Program-made: the position numbers and the translations under genes
The notes under the pieces: model-generated
Database searches by the model: none
What the model saw: the letters and a program-made list of their open reading frames with translations, nothing else
What the model was told of the DNA's origin: nothing
Part shown: piece by piece, positions 36,567 through 49,959 of the stretch
Layout of the letters: every line of letters begins with the position of its first letter
How positions within the stretch are numbered: position 1 is the stretch's first letter
NCBI RefSeq assembly: GCF_004010195.1
Contig: NC_057718.1
Span: 83,250,345 to 83,314,344 of the forward strand
Length of the DNA: 64,000 nucleotides
Direction of reading: 5' to 3'
From: Chiloscyllium plagiosum
Lineage: Eukaryota

Positions 36567-37516
36567 CTATAAAATAAATTTAACAATCAGATGCCTAATT
36601 CATTTATCCTTTATGGTGTGTATTCATAATTAATAATAGTTCCAAGTCATTAGCAGATCAAGTCAGAGATCAACTTAGAATGATAACAGAAACAAGGTGC
36701 AATAATTGTTCATTCAGTACTTATGTAGGTTAAACTATATGATAATCTGGAAACAGTGAAGCTGTTGAGGGAGGTGGTGGTGAGGTAAACTTGAATATCA
36801 ATGAAAACAAACGCAGTGCTTTCAGATGATGCCTCTAGGACACATGTAGATGTGAATAGGAAGGTGCAATGACAGATACTCAGTGGGAACATTGGGATTA
36901 GTGGTGCAGAAGTTGGAACAGACCTATTATAAATGATACTCTGGCCAGAATTAGACAGATAAGAATGACATGAAAATGGATCATGATTCTGAATTACATA
37001 TGGATATTATAAACTTTTAAGTACAACAATTATTTTTAGAAGACAGACATAAAAGCTGAGAGATGGCTGAGGTGTAAACTCAATGGCTGTTTAAAAGCCC
37101 TTAGTGTCAAAGGAGCTTCAGACAGCAACACTTCAGAAAGAGAGAGAGAGAGAGAGAGAGATGAACTGAATGTGATCTCCTGTGGGTTGCAACAGCAGAC
37201 ACAATGAGTTGGAATAAAGTTAATTCTGAGCAAAAGACATGTTATGTTTCATCCTCCCAGGAATACACAAGGAAGGAGGTTAAAAATTTATCTGCAACCC
37301 CTTGTCTGTGTGCAAATGAGCTGGCGTGCTAGTGTGTCAATGTGCTAGGCTGTGGGTCAAATTCCACAGCTCTAATATGTGTTCTAAAGGGGCACTGCTG
37401 CATATGCAGGTAACAGGAAATAAAGTTTCTGCTATAAAAAGTCATCGGCATGACCACTGTCGAAGGAAGCTGGTCAAATCCATTTCAGCTAATTTGCATA
37501 AACATGTCATATTTTA

Positions 37517-37836
37517 TTAGATTAGATTAGATTCCCTACAGTGTGAAAACAGGCCCTTCTGCCCATCAAGTCCACACCGACCCTCTGAAGAGTAACCCAC
37601 CCAGACCCATTTGCCTCTGACTAATGCACCTAACACTATGGGCAATTTAGCATGGCCAATTCACCTGACCTGCACATCTTTGGACTGCGAGAGGAAACGA
37701 AGCACCCGGAGGAAACCCACGCAGACATGGGGAGAATGTGCGAACTCCACACAGACAGGTGCCCGAGGCTGGAATTGAACCTGGGTCCCTGGTGCTGTGA
37801 GGCAGCAGTGCTAAACACTGAGCCACTGTGCCGCCC
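37517..37836 (-). mobile_element. V-SINE/HE1-like SINE
   Basis: Reverse complement of the 21412 family; (TAATC)n tail. Confidence 0.88.
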
Positions 37837-39277
37837 ACCTCTTATATTTTCTTGCATTTAGTAACTAACAAACTCACTGTTTTTTAAACTCAGGAAAGCC
37901 TGGTTAAATTGGCTTGTTGTTTTAAAAACGAATATATTTGGGCTGGGAAAAGTTAGGCACATGGGAAGGAATTTTTTCTTTCAATTAACCTTGTTGTGGC
38001 CAATCAAGGGAGGGATGAGTAAAGAAGAGGAGCCAGTACATCCCCCCTCACTAAAGAGCATAACCTTCTGGGAATATCCTATTTGGAATCAGAACTAACG
38101 CAGATCCTCATCCAGAGACCAGTCATGACAAGAATGGAGCCAGTTAAGTGCAATCTCATTCAACTGGACAACAGTGAAGATTTTGGAGGAGTTTGATGTG
38201 ATCAACAGTGTCAAAGACTGCAGACAGGTTCAGAACAACAAGGGAGACGGTTCACTTTTGTCAAAGTTACATAGGATGTAATTTGTGATACTGATTAGCT
38301 ATTTTGGTACTAGGGCAAAGGTGGAAACGTCAGGGATTTAAACACTAAATGTCTGAGAAATACAGCTTTTTTCAAAATTGGAAAAGGTATACAATGGTGT
38401 TCCCCAGGGAAACCTACAAGGACTGCTGTTAGAAGCCAATTAGGAAGGGTGAACCGAATCCATTCCTTGTCCCACTTCTCCACTGGTTACAACAAAGTTC
38501 AAGTTTAGAGACAGAGAGGTGATACTACCAATTACAGTATACATATGTCAGACTGTATACAGACATAAGTCAGCCAAGTTTTAAGTAAAAAATGAAGAAC
38601 CGGTTAATTGCAAACAAAAACTTATTCAAGCAAAGAGATAAAGATTAGTAACAAAGATTTAACATATAATTACCCTTCTTGCAAAATAATAAACACAGTC
38701 TCCAAGGTTAGAGAAAAAATAAAAACTCCGAAGAACATTATTTTAAAAGTATTTTAACATCAAGAAAAAAAACAATTACAGATGTTTGTATATTATTCAA
38801 ACTTTGGTCAATGGCCAAAGTCATTTTGCACATGAACTACAGATAGTGGGGGCCTTATAGCTGACTTTCCTGCAGACAGTGCTGTAGATTTTGAATTTGA
38901 CTTTAGGAGAACTTTATTGCTTTAGGAAGACTTGACTTGCAGTGATGAGACCTTCTAGTAAGTTCCTATCTCTCATATTTTGAAGACAGGCTGGATTTCA
39001 GAGAAAAGAGGGGGCAGAGCCTGATGTTCCAGGCAAGTTCTCCCTCTGAGTCACCGGACAGAAAACTCTGCTTTTTCTACACAGATGCTGCCAGAATCTG
39101 CTCAGTTTTCCCATCAATTTCTGATTTTGTTTTTGATTTCCAGCACCTGCAATTCTTTGGTTTTTACATTCTCCCCCTGGATGTGTTAAAATTCACTAGC
39201 TTTATTATATGTTCAAACTGGGTCATGTGACCTCTGAAAGTTTTGTTAACACAGTGACTGCATGTGAGAGCCATGTA

Positions 39278-39669
39278 CAAGGGAACCTCGATTATCTGAA
39301 AATCGGATTATCCGAAGGAGATCGCGAGGTCCCGATAGAAACGTTACATCAAAGACGTGTTTCCAACAGTGATCACATCTTTTGTTTACAGTGATTAAAC
39401 AGGCACTGTCTTCAAATGACTGACTGCCTGCCCTCTCTCTCCCCACACTTTCCCTGGAATTCTACAGAGGGGTGGGGGCGGGCGGATGGGTTGGACCAGA
39501 TTGGGGGTGGGGCCTTGCACGCTGTGTGCTGCTTGCAGTCTCCTGAACAGGGAGCAGACTTCAAAACCTCCGAGCCCCAGAGGAAAGGCATTTATTTGAT
39601 TTTCCAAATAATCAATTATCCGAACGAAAAACTGCTGCCCATCACGTTCAGATAATCGAGTTTCCACTG
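39278..39669. mobile_element. Tc1/mariner (Tigger/pogo-like) MITE, short form
   Basis: TIRs CA.GGGAACCTCGATTATC / GATAATCGAGTTTCCACTG, flanked by TA. Confidence 0.85.
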
Positions 39670-39794
39670 TACTCTTTGCAAATGCAACATTTTATCCTTT
39701 TGCAGTTAGTCTCTTTTGCTTCACAAAGTATGCTTTCCATGATATGGATATATTCCTAGTCAATTATATTCTAAAATAATATTTCCGATAAGGG

Positions 39795-41335
39795 AAACAG
39801 ACAATAAAAGTAGACCATTTAGCTTTCTGAGCCAATACCGCTATTCAATATGATCATGGCTCACCATCTGATGCAGTAACTATTTCCCACTTTTTCTCCA
39901 GATCCTTTGTTCCCCTTAGCCCTAAGAACTACATCTAACTGTTTCTTGAAAATATTCATGTTTAGGCCCCGACTGCTTTCTGTGGCAAAGAATCCAACAT
40001 GATCCCACTCTCTGGGTGAAGACATTTCTCATCTCAGTCCTCAATGGCTTACCCCATACCTTTAAACTGTGATCCTGGTTCTGGACTCCCCAGTCATCAG
40101 GAAAATCCTTCTTTTGTTTACCCTGTTTAGAGTTGTTATAATTTTATATAAGAACCCCACTCATTCTTCTAAACTCTATTGAACATAGCACTAACTGATC
40201 TGGTCTCTCTTCATACATGATTCCTGGGATAGCAGGACTGGGTCTGGTCAACCTTCACTGCACTCCCTCCATTGCCAGAACATCCCTTCTCAGAAAAGGA
40301 GACCAAAACTCCACACAATACTCCAGTCTGGTTTCACTAAGGACCTGTACAATTGCAGCAAGACATCCCTGCTCCTGCAGTTGAATCCTCTTTCTATGGT
40401 GGCTGACATACTGTTTGTTTTCTTTATCACCTGCATGTTTACTTTCAGTACAAACACATCCAGATCTCACAGCACCTTCTCCCTTTGACAATCTATTTCC
40501 ATTCAGACAATAATCTGCCCTCCTGTTTTTGCTACCTAAGTGGATAACCACAGGTTTATCCACATTATACTTCAGCTGCTATGCATTTGCCCATGCACTC
40601 AACTTGTCCAAATCATATTGAAGTATCTCTACATCTTCCTTCCAACTCACCCTTCCATGCAACTTTGTATCGCCTGCAAAGTTGGCGATATTACATTTTC
40701 CCTCAGCTAAGTCAATATTGTATGTAACTGGGATTTAAGTACTGAATCCTACGGTACCTCACTAGTCACTGGCTGCCACTTGAAAAATGTCCCATTTATT
40801 CCTACTCATTTGTTTCTTGCCTACCAACCAATTATCAATCCATATCCATACACTACCTCCAATCCCATGTATTGGAAATTTAAATGCTAATCTTTTACGT
40901 GGAAGCTTATCAACAGCGTTCTGAAAGACTGAGTAAACCACATCCATTGGCTTCCCCTTATCTAGATGTAGATTATTAGGCCCTGGGGATTTATCAGCCT
41001 TTAATCTCATTAAGTTCCCCAACAACATTGCCCTTCTAATACTCATTTGCTTCAGATCCTCTTCTCACGAGAGTACACATTTCCCAACATTTTTGGGATG
41101 TTATTTAATTTTGTTAAGATAGAACCAAAGTATGTATTTAATTGGGTTTGCCATCTCTTTGTTTCACATTGTGATTTTCTGTTTCTGACTGACAGGGATT
41201 TACATTTTACTAAGTGTTCACTAACTGAGTGTTCACTAAGTGTTAACTGAGTGTTCACCAAACCTTTTCTCTTCACATACCTTTAGAAGCTTTTATAATC
41301 AGTTTGTATGTTCCCCCCAAGTTTACTCTCATACC
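39795..41335 (-). mobile_element. CR1 LINE ORF2 fragment with internal deletions
   Basis: KADKSPGP, DVVY..FQ.A.DKLP and LEYCVEFWSPFLRRD motifs. Confidence 0.85.
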
Positions 41336-41589
41336 ATTGTAACATTGTTATATGAGAGAACATAAATATTTTTGAACAGATTCAAAGTCTACACTTGCAT
41401 TGAGATCCATATTCCAGTTAACACACTCAATAAAACTGACACCACACTGATTATTAGCTCTCCATGCTCATACAACCATTCAGACCCATTTACTTTCAAT
41501 TAATACATCCACCGTCTGTTTCCTTGTTCCACTACGTCTCAGGCATCCCTTTAGACCATATCAGATGGTAATACATATCTGCATTAAAC

Positions 41590-42800
41590 CACTGCTTTTC
41601 CTGACGTATAGTAACAACTTTGATATGGGGAAGAGGATACAATTTCAAAGTTTGCAGAGGATACAATTTCAAAGTTTGCAGATGACACAACTTTGAAGTA
41701 TAATGAGGACGACTGTGACAGACATAAAAAAAGACAAGTTAGTAGAATAGATGACATATGAATAAATCTAATACAGAGAAGGGATGCACAGGCTAGGAGG
41801 GTTAGCAATGGTAAATGCAGGTGTATGGGGATAGGGTAAGGGGTTGGGTCTGGGTGGGAGGGTCTTTGGAGGGACAATGCAGACTTGATTGGCCAAATGG
41901 CCTTTTCTGCAGTATAGGAGTTCTGTGACTATGTGCCAAATGATATACTCTGGTAGGAAGAATGAAGAGAGGCATACTGGATCCTGGACTTTGTAATTAA
42001 AAGCAAGTAATACAAAAGCAAGGAAGGATTATTTTTCATAAAGGTTTCAACTACAACATTGTATCTAATTCTGGGCACCACATTTTAAGAATGATGAGAA
42101 GACTTTAGAGAAGGTGCAGGATAGAGGAAAGTAGTTTCAGGGATGTGGATAATATCCTATTTATATCAGTAAACTGATATAATGAAGTTGTTCTTCTTGA
42201 GAAGGTTGAGAGGAAATTTGACACAATGATCAAAATCATGAGGGGTCCAGAGAAATTAGATAGAGAAAAAAAACGCTTTTACAAACTGATTGTAAAAGCT
42301 TCTAAAGGTACGATCAGAATACAGAAGACTCAGAATCAAACAGCACGTAAACAGATCCTTTGGTCCAAGTCATCCATCCTGACCAGGATCCCAAACCCTA
42401 CTAGTCCCATTTGCCAGCTCTAAATTCCTCCTATTCATATACCCATGCAGGTACCTTTTAAATGTTCAAATTGTACCCACCTCCACTAATAGCTAGTTCC
42501 AAATGCGCCCCACCCTCTGCATGAAAACGTTGCCCCATATCTGCAAATGTACAAAATCCCCTGTATTCACATCCAAACCATTTATATAAATGACAAAAAG
42601 CAGCGGACCCAACACTGATCCTCATGACATACTGCCGGTCACAGGCCTTCAGTTAAAAAAAACCCTCTACCACCAACCTCTGTCTCCTACCTTCAAGTTA
42701 ATTTTGTCTCCAATTGGCTAGCACCCCTGGATTCCATGTGATCTAACCTTGCTGTCCAGTCTACAATGCGGAACCTTGTTGAAAGTCAACACAGACGTCA
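41590..42800. mobile_element. Mixed CR1 fragments (+ then -) with a partial SINE at ~41784-41930
   Basis: ISKFADDT on +, a SINE tail and an antisense CR1 tail from 42315. Confidence 0.65.
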
Positions 42801-42837
42801 GTCAAAAGGTTCCAGACCAAAGGTATTTGGTTAAAAC

Positions 42838-43252
42838 TGTGAAAGGGTTAGTTGAAGCTGAGAAAGTATAAGCTCAGTGGCATGAAGACTCCAGGTTCAG
42901 ACTGTCAGATTGTTAAGACTGGATATTTAAATCACAGTGAAACGAAGCCTTAAACATGTGAACAGGCAGGAACTTCTCTCTGATATGAGAACTTTAAAAG
43001 TGTGTTTTAGGATTATCGGTATTGTATTTTGTTTAAAACCTTTAATCTGTGTAAATAGTTTGGTTTATTCTATCTTACCTTCATTCCTTTAGTGCTATGA
43101 ATTGCTAAACCTAGAGCTGCAGCTTTGCATCTTTATGTTTCAGTGAAAGGCCACCTGTTTCAAACTAAGAAACAACAGAATATGATCTATCAAGCCAGCT
43201 TTCAGTCTGGGGTCTGACTTGTCCAGTAATAACATTAGCTGGAATCACAACA
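42838..43252 (+). repeat. Possible solo LTR relic
   Basis: TG...ACAACA ends and LTR-like composition; no partner LTR in the window. Confidence 0.35.
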
Positions 43253-43254
43253 CA

Positions 43255-43615
43255 GTGGCAATGGTCTACACTGAATACAATATGCTCTGAAAAGACCTGT
43301 CAGAGTTCCTTAGACAGCACCTTCCAAACCCACAATCGCTTCCATCGAGAAGGACAAGAGCATCAGACACACGGGAACATCACCCTCTGCAAGTTCATCT
43401 CCAAGTCACTCACTGTCCTGACTTGGAAATATATCATTATTCCTTCAGTGTCACTGAGACAACATCCTGAAATTCCCTTTCTAATAACATTGTGTATTAC
43501 CTACTGCAATGGTTCAAGGCAGCAGCTCACCATCATCTTCTCAAGAGGCAACTACGCATGGGTAATAAATGCTGAGTTTTCCTGCCATTTACATATCCAG
43601 TAAGTGAATGAAAAC
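43255..43615 (+). mobile_element. 3' end of a CR1-superfamily LINE (second family)
   Basis: Reverse complement of the 44530-44820 segment. Confidence 0.7.
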
Positions 43616-44529
43616 AACTCCTTGGGGTTTAAGTAGCATCTGGTGAATCCGTCCACTTTCCTTGTGGCCTTGGTTTTTCCTCCTCAGTTTTAACTGAGCG
43701 GAGAGACCAACGAGGTGGACCATAAGAAGGTTTAATGCTGTGTCAATCCCAAACTCATTCCACTGGCGTACTCTCCCCACAGTTCAGTAGCTGAAGTATT
43801 TGTCTGAATGCTTTCACAAATAAAAGATTCAAGAGTCTCTGAGCCAACCACTCCCCAAGTCATTCTATTGATTTCATTTGCATCGTCTCCTGAGCATAAG
43901 ACTAGCCCGTCACCATCTGAGAACTACTCCACTGGAACAAATCCTCAAATCAAATGAGATGAGCTCGCCCCAGTAACTATAACACCAACCTACTCACTGA
44001 GCCCCCTCAATAAGGAGAAGCTATGGTGGCAATGTCACTGGACTGGTCATCCAGAAGTAAGGCTTTGGCTTTGAATCTGGAATAAAGAGTAACTGTGTAA
44101 CTACTGGGTAAACTGTCATAAAAAAAGACACCTGTTTCACCAATGCCCCCAGGGTCAGAAATCTGCCATCCTGACCGAGTCTGACTCCTGATACACAGTA
44201 ATGCAGCTGACCCACATCTGTCCTCCAAGCAATAGATGCTTGCCCAACCAGTGATACCTATACCCAATGCATGAATAATAACCTATTCCAAAAGTGGGAA
44301 ACGTGTCTTCCTGTAGTACGTGTGGTGTCCAACATCAAACCTTGCAAGGAAATGAAACTAAGCCTTGGTTACCAAGTCAACAAGTTATCCTCACAACAAT
44401 GACATCACATCCACAATAATTAGTTTAAATGGTTACTTTACAGACATGCTCCCAGTTGGGCTGTTTCTGGTTGGATGGTTGCCCAGTTTTGAGTTACCAG
44501 ATCTGTTCTGAATATAGCCAGTTTTTTCA

Positions 44530-45960
44530 AAAACTTTTGTGGGATGTGGATGTCGCTGGCTGGCCAGCATTTATTGCCTGTTCCTAGTTGCCTTTAAGGT
44601 GGTGGTGGTGAGCTGCCTTCTTGGACTGCTGCAGGTTGACGCACAATGACATTATGGAGAGAATTCCAGGAATTTGACACAGCGACAGTCAAGGAATGAT
44701 GATATATTTCAAAGTCAGGACGGTGAGTGGTTTGGAGGGGAACAAGGAGGTAGGGGTAGTCCCATGTATCTGCTGCCCTTGTTCTGCTAAATGGAAATGG
44801 TCATGGGTTTGGAAGGTGCTATCTGACCTCACCTCTGGAATTCAGCTCTTTTGTCCATGTTTGAAATAAGACTGTAATGAGATCAGGAGCTGAGTGGCCC
44901 TGGAGGAACCCAAACTGGGCATCAATGAGCAGGTTATTGCTGAGCAGGTGTTGCTTGATAGCACTACTGATGATAACTTCCATCACTTTATTGATGATCG
45001 ACAGTGGGGCGGTAATTGGTTGGGTTCGATTTGTTCTGCTTTTTACATACATTCAAGAAGCACCTGGATGAATACATGAATAGGGAGGAAATAGAGGGAT
45101 ATGGATCTGACAAGTGAAGACAGTTTTACAGTGGAAGGGCGAATTATGGCAGCATAGGCTTGGCGGGCAAAAGGACCTGTGCCTGTGCTGTACTGTTTGT
45201 TAGCGTGTTTTGAGAAAATACTGCATACTTGGGCAATTTTCCACATTGTCAGATAGATGTCAGTATTATAACTACACTGAAACAGTTAGGCTGGAGGTGC
45301 AGCAAGTTCTGGAGCACGTCTTCAATACTATTGCTGGAATGTTGCCAGAACCCACAGCTTTTGCAGTATCCAGTGCCTCCAACTGTTTCTCGGTATCATG
45401 TGGAGTGAATCAAATTGGCTGAAGACTGGTACCTGTAATACTGGGGACCACTGGAGGAGGTTGAGATAGATCATTCTTTTTGCACTTGTGGCTGAAGATT
45501 GCTGCAAAAGCTTCAGCCTCATCTTTTACACTGATGTGCTCTTCGCTTCCATCACTGAGGAGGGGATATTTGTGCAGCTTCCTCCTCTGGTGTGTGTTTA
45601 GTTGTCCACCACCATTCACAACTGGATGTGGAAGGACTGTAGAGCTAAGACCTTATTGATTGATTGTGGGATCATTTAGCTCTGTCTATCACTTGCTGCT
45701 TATGCTGTTTGTCATGCAAGTAGCTTGGCACAGTGATAGCACAAGATCGCACAAGGGAGGTTATACCTCAATGTGAATACAAGCTTTCCTCTCCACAATA
45801 GTCATTCTTACTGATACTATCATCAACAGATGCATATGCAACTAGTGGGTTGGTAAGGTCCTTCTTGTCAGGTCCTTCATCACCTAGCACAGGCTCCCCA
45901 AAGTGGCACGTGGGTCCTTTACAACTTGGCCAGTTTGGTCACTGATGATGATACCGAGCT
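44530..45960 (-). mobile_element. CR1-superfamily LINE (second family) fragments
   Basis: LSIINKVME..QHLLSNNLLIDAQFGF..HSAPDLIT RT motifs; small CR1 tail inserted at ~45045-45200. Confidence 0.8.
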
Positions 45961-46793
45961 TTGTTAAATCTTAAATGTTTTGAGGGCTCCCATCTCTGCC
46001 ACCCTTTCATACAGTGAGTTCTAAACACCCACTACCCTCAGAGGGAAAAAAAACGATTTTCTTCAAATCCCCTCGATTCCCGCTCTTTAAAACTACACCC
46101 TTGGTAACTGACCCCTCTGTCAATGGATAGACCCTGCCGTCTACCCTGTCTATGCCCCTCAACTTTGTGGACTTCAATGAGATCTCTGTTCAAAAAGGAA
46201 AACCCCCATTCTCTTGTGTCTCTGCCTGTGCGTGGGCGGGTGCACTTCTGTGCTTGGGCGGACACGCAGGTGGGCTGTGCTTTTTTTTATTCAAACAGGT
46301 TTTAAAAGTTTTAAATTAATTAGCAAAACAATCAAAGGATCTGGATGTAGGTTTGCTTGCACACCCAGAACCTCAACCTGAGCTACGTATTTTCTCAAAA
46401 CACGCTAACAATCAAAGGTAACATAAGGAAATAATTATTTTTATGCAAAAACAATTTGGAATTTACTGTCTGGAAGAAGGTTAAAAGCACATTCATTTGT
46501 GCTTTACAAAAGAGAACTAAGTAGATCCAGGAAGGTGAACATTACCAAGGCTACTGGCAAACAGCTCTTTCAGACAGCTAGCAATAATAACTTACATGGG
46601 ACCCAAGAAGAAGGGAAGATGGGTAATCTAATGTTTTAGTGGGATTTCTCTCTTAAATCTTTCATTGGATATGGATATTGCCAGCATCTGTTGCCTATCA
46701 TTAATAATCATTGAATTCTAAGCCATTTCAGAACGCAGTTAAGAGCCAACTACAAGTTGAAAGTCTGGATTCACTTATATACCAAACTGGGTA

Positions 46794-48417
46794 GAACATA
46801 GAATATCGAACTATACAGCGCAGGACAGGTCCTTTGGCCCTTGATGTTGCGCCGACATGTGAACTATTCTCAGCTTGTCCCCTACACTATCCCATCATCA
46901 TCCAAGGATTGTTTAAATCTCCCTAATGTGGCTGAGTTAACTACATTGGCAGGTAGGGCATTCCACACCCTTACCACTCTGAGTAAAAACCTGCCTCTGA
47001 TATTTGTCTTAAATCTATCACCCCTCAATTTATAGTTATGCCCCCTCATACAAGCTGACGTCATCATCCGAGGAAAAAGACTTTCACTGTCTACCCTATC
47101 TAATCCTCTGATCATCTTGTATGTCTCTATCAAATCTCCTCTTAGCCGCCTTCTTTCCAATGAGAACAGATCCAAGTCTCTCAGCCTTTCCTCATAAGAC
47201 CTTCCCTCCAGACCAGGAAACATCCTGGTAAATCTCCTCTGCACCTTTTCCAATGCTTCCACATCCTTCCCAAAATATGGCGATCAGAACCGTACACAAT
47301 ATACCAAGTGTGGCCACAGTAGCGTTTTGTATAGTTGCAGCATGATATTGCGGCTCCGGNNNNNNNNNNNNNNNNNNNNNNNNNNNNNNNNNNNNNNNNN
47401 NNNNNNNNNNNNNNNNNNNNNNNNNNNNNNNNNNNNNNNNNNNNNNNNNNNNNNNNNNNNNNNNNNNNNNNNNNNNNNNNNNNNNNNNNNNNNNNNNNNN
47501 NNNNNNNNNNNNNNNNNNNNNNNNNNNNNNNNNNNNNNNNNNNNNNNNNNNNNNNNNNNNNNNNNNNNNNNNNNNNNNNNNNNNNNNNNNNNNNNNNNNN
47601 NNNNNNNNNNNNNNNNNNNNNNNNNNNNNNNNNNNNNNNNNNNNNNNNNNNNNNNNNNNNNNNNNNNNNNNNNNNNNNNNNNNNNNNNNNNNNNNNNNNN
47701 NNNNNNNNNNNNNNNNNNNNNNNNNNNNNNNNNNNNNNNNNNNNNNNNNNNNNNNNNNNNNNNNNNNNNNNNNNNNNNNNNNNNNNNNNNNNNNNNNNNN
47801 NNNNNNNNNNNNNNNNNNNNNNNNNNNNNNNNNNNNNNNNNNNNNNNNNNNNNNNNNNNNNNNNNNNNNNNNNNNNNNNNNNNNNNNNNNNNNNNNNNNN
47901 NNNNNNNNNNNNNNNNNNNNNNNNNNNNNNNNNNNNNNNNNNNNNNNTAAGTCATTTATAAAAATGACAAATAGCAATGGTCCCAAAACAGATCCTTGTG
48001 GTAACTGGACTCCAGGCTGAATATTTTCCATCAACCACCACTCGCTGCCTTCTTTCAGAAAGCCAGTTTCTAATCCAAACTGCTAAATCACCCTCAATTC
48101 CATGCCTCTGAATTTTCTCCAACAGCCTACCATGTGGAACCTTATCAAAGGCTTTACTGAAGTCCACGTATACCATGTCAACTGCCCTACCCTCATCTAC
48201 ATGCTTGGTCACCTTATCAAAAAACTCAATCAAGTTTGTGAGACACGACCTGCCCTTGACGAAACCATTTTGACTATCTGAAATCAACATGTTGCTTGCT
48301 AGAGGATTATAAATCTTATCTCTTATAATCCTTTTCAAAACCTTTCCTACAATAGAAGCAAGCCTCACTGGTCTATAATTACCTGGGTCATCCCTACTGC
48401 CCTTCTTGAACAAGGGT
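46794..48417 (-). mobile_element. Young CR1 LINE 3' portion spanning the assembly gap
   Basis: NYRPVRL, DFSKAFDKVPH and PQGSVLGPLLF before the gap; LEKVQRRFTRM..RGDLIETYK after it. Confidence 0.92.
47360..47947. other. Assembly gap (588 N)
   Basis: Run of n. Confidence 1.
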
Positions 48418-48894
48418 AATGATGAGCATTTATAATCGTGATAATTCTCATGGACATCAATACTGATATGAGTAGTCAATTCCATATTGTATTAATTAAA
48501 TTTAAATCCAGTTACAGCAATGGTGGGATTGAACCCAGAACATTAGCCTTGGCCTCTTGACTGACATTGACAATACCATAATATATCATCTCCCTTTGAC
48601 ATGGGTTGAATGAACAGGAGATGGGCTTAACGGAAGAAAGTGAATGCCTTATTTTTATTATTATTATTGAGTGTGTTTACTTGACTGTTTAGGAAAGATC
48701 CAATTTTAGCAATTCTAATCACCAAAACATCCTGGAGCAATATTCCCACAACCTTGATTTCAAAATTAAAACAAAATTAACATTGAAGCTATTGAATAAC
48801 TCAACCATGTACGTACATTTGCATTTGACTTCAATAGCAGCCAATTTCTGACTGTACCCATAACTCTTCTGAGTATGAAAGAATCTTCTCTTAC

Positions 48895-49012
48895 CTTGGA
48901 AGTATTCTGTCAGGAAGTCTATATGCAGGAATAGATACAGGCAATTTTTGCATTTGTCTGGCGTACTCAAAAAGACCCAACAAATTATGAGAGTACAGTT
49001 GGGAAGCTTTTC
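48895..49012 (-). CDS. MAP4K3: MAP4K3 exon (CNH domain)
   Basis: (G)KASQLYSHNLLGLFEYARQMQKLPVSIPAYRLPDRILP, which fits MAP4K3 rather than MAP4K5; 118 bp. Confidence 0.96.
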
Positions 49013-49959
49013 CTAAAATAAAAGTAAAAGAAAAATACTGTTCAAGCATAGTATAGACTTAAAAAAATCAAATATCATCCACTCATTTCCTCAGATAACT
49101 AGACATAACATGATAAGGAATTCTTAGTTTATGTATTTATTTTTGAATTAATTTCATTTACTCACTGACCCTGGTGATTTTCAACGATTATGTGGAGGAG
49201 TAGGTTGATTTTTCATCTTGGTCATTTGGAAGTACAGTTAGATGCAACTGTTCAAAATGCAAGAGTGTTTCCAAAATAGTATAAAGGTAGGGATGTCAGG
49301 TCTTTGATGCAGTACAATGAAAATGCAAAGGTACAAGCTCAAATCAGAACGATGTGAGACTTTGAGGGGGGTTTGGAAAGGAACTTAGAGGTGATAGATT
49401 CCCATGTAGATTCTTGCTAGCAGAGATGCAGAGGATATGATGCCAAGAAAGCCAGGTGTGATCTTAAATTGATCGCGCATAAATATAAAAGTTATCATAA
49501 GATACATCACTGTGTAGATGCACGCAAAGTGACCCGGCAGGGGCATGCAAGTCAGTAATGTCCCTGAGCTCCAAACAAAGTCCTTAAGGAGCTGAAGTGA
49601 TCTGAGAGTTGGTCACATCCCACTCAAAAGAATTGGAATAGTAAACCTAATGTGATTATTTTACATGACTTCTATAATTGGTACACAAAGAAAACTGCCA
49701 TTGAAATATTCAGGCTGGATTAAACTAAAATGTTCCTGAAATGAAAAGCCAGAAACAAATTCCCCACCCCTTACAGTCTCCTAATTATGAACATTTTAAA
49801 AACCTATTCCAGCCTGTCAAGATATTTGCACTTCAATTCTGGCCACTCGCTGATTCAGATTTTAGTTGCTCTATCTTTTGTGGCAGTGCAATCAGTGATG
49901 GTCTGGAAGGTAGTCATCTACTCTCTTTGCCATTCCACTTATTTACAATATTTAGTGTA

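Noticed and set aside
47192..48034. Long ORFs of 200-280 aa in the ORF track
   Set aside because: They run through the N gap; both flanks are one CR1 RT.
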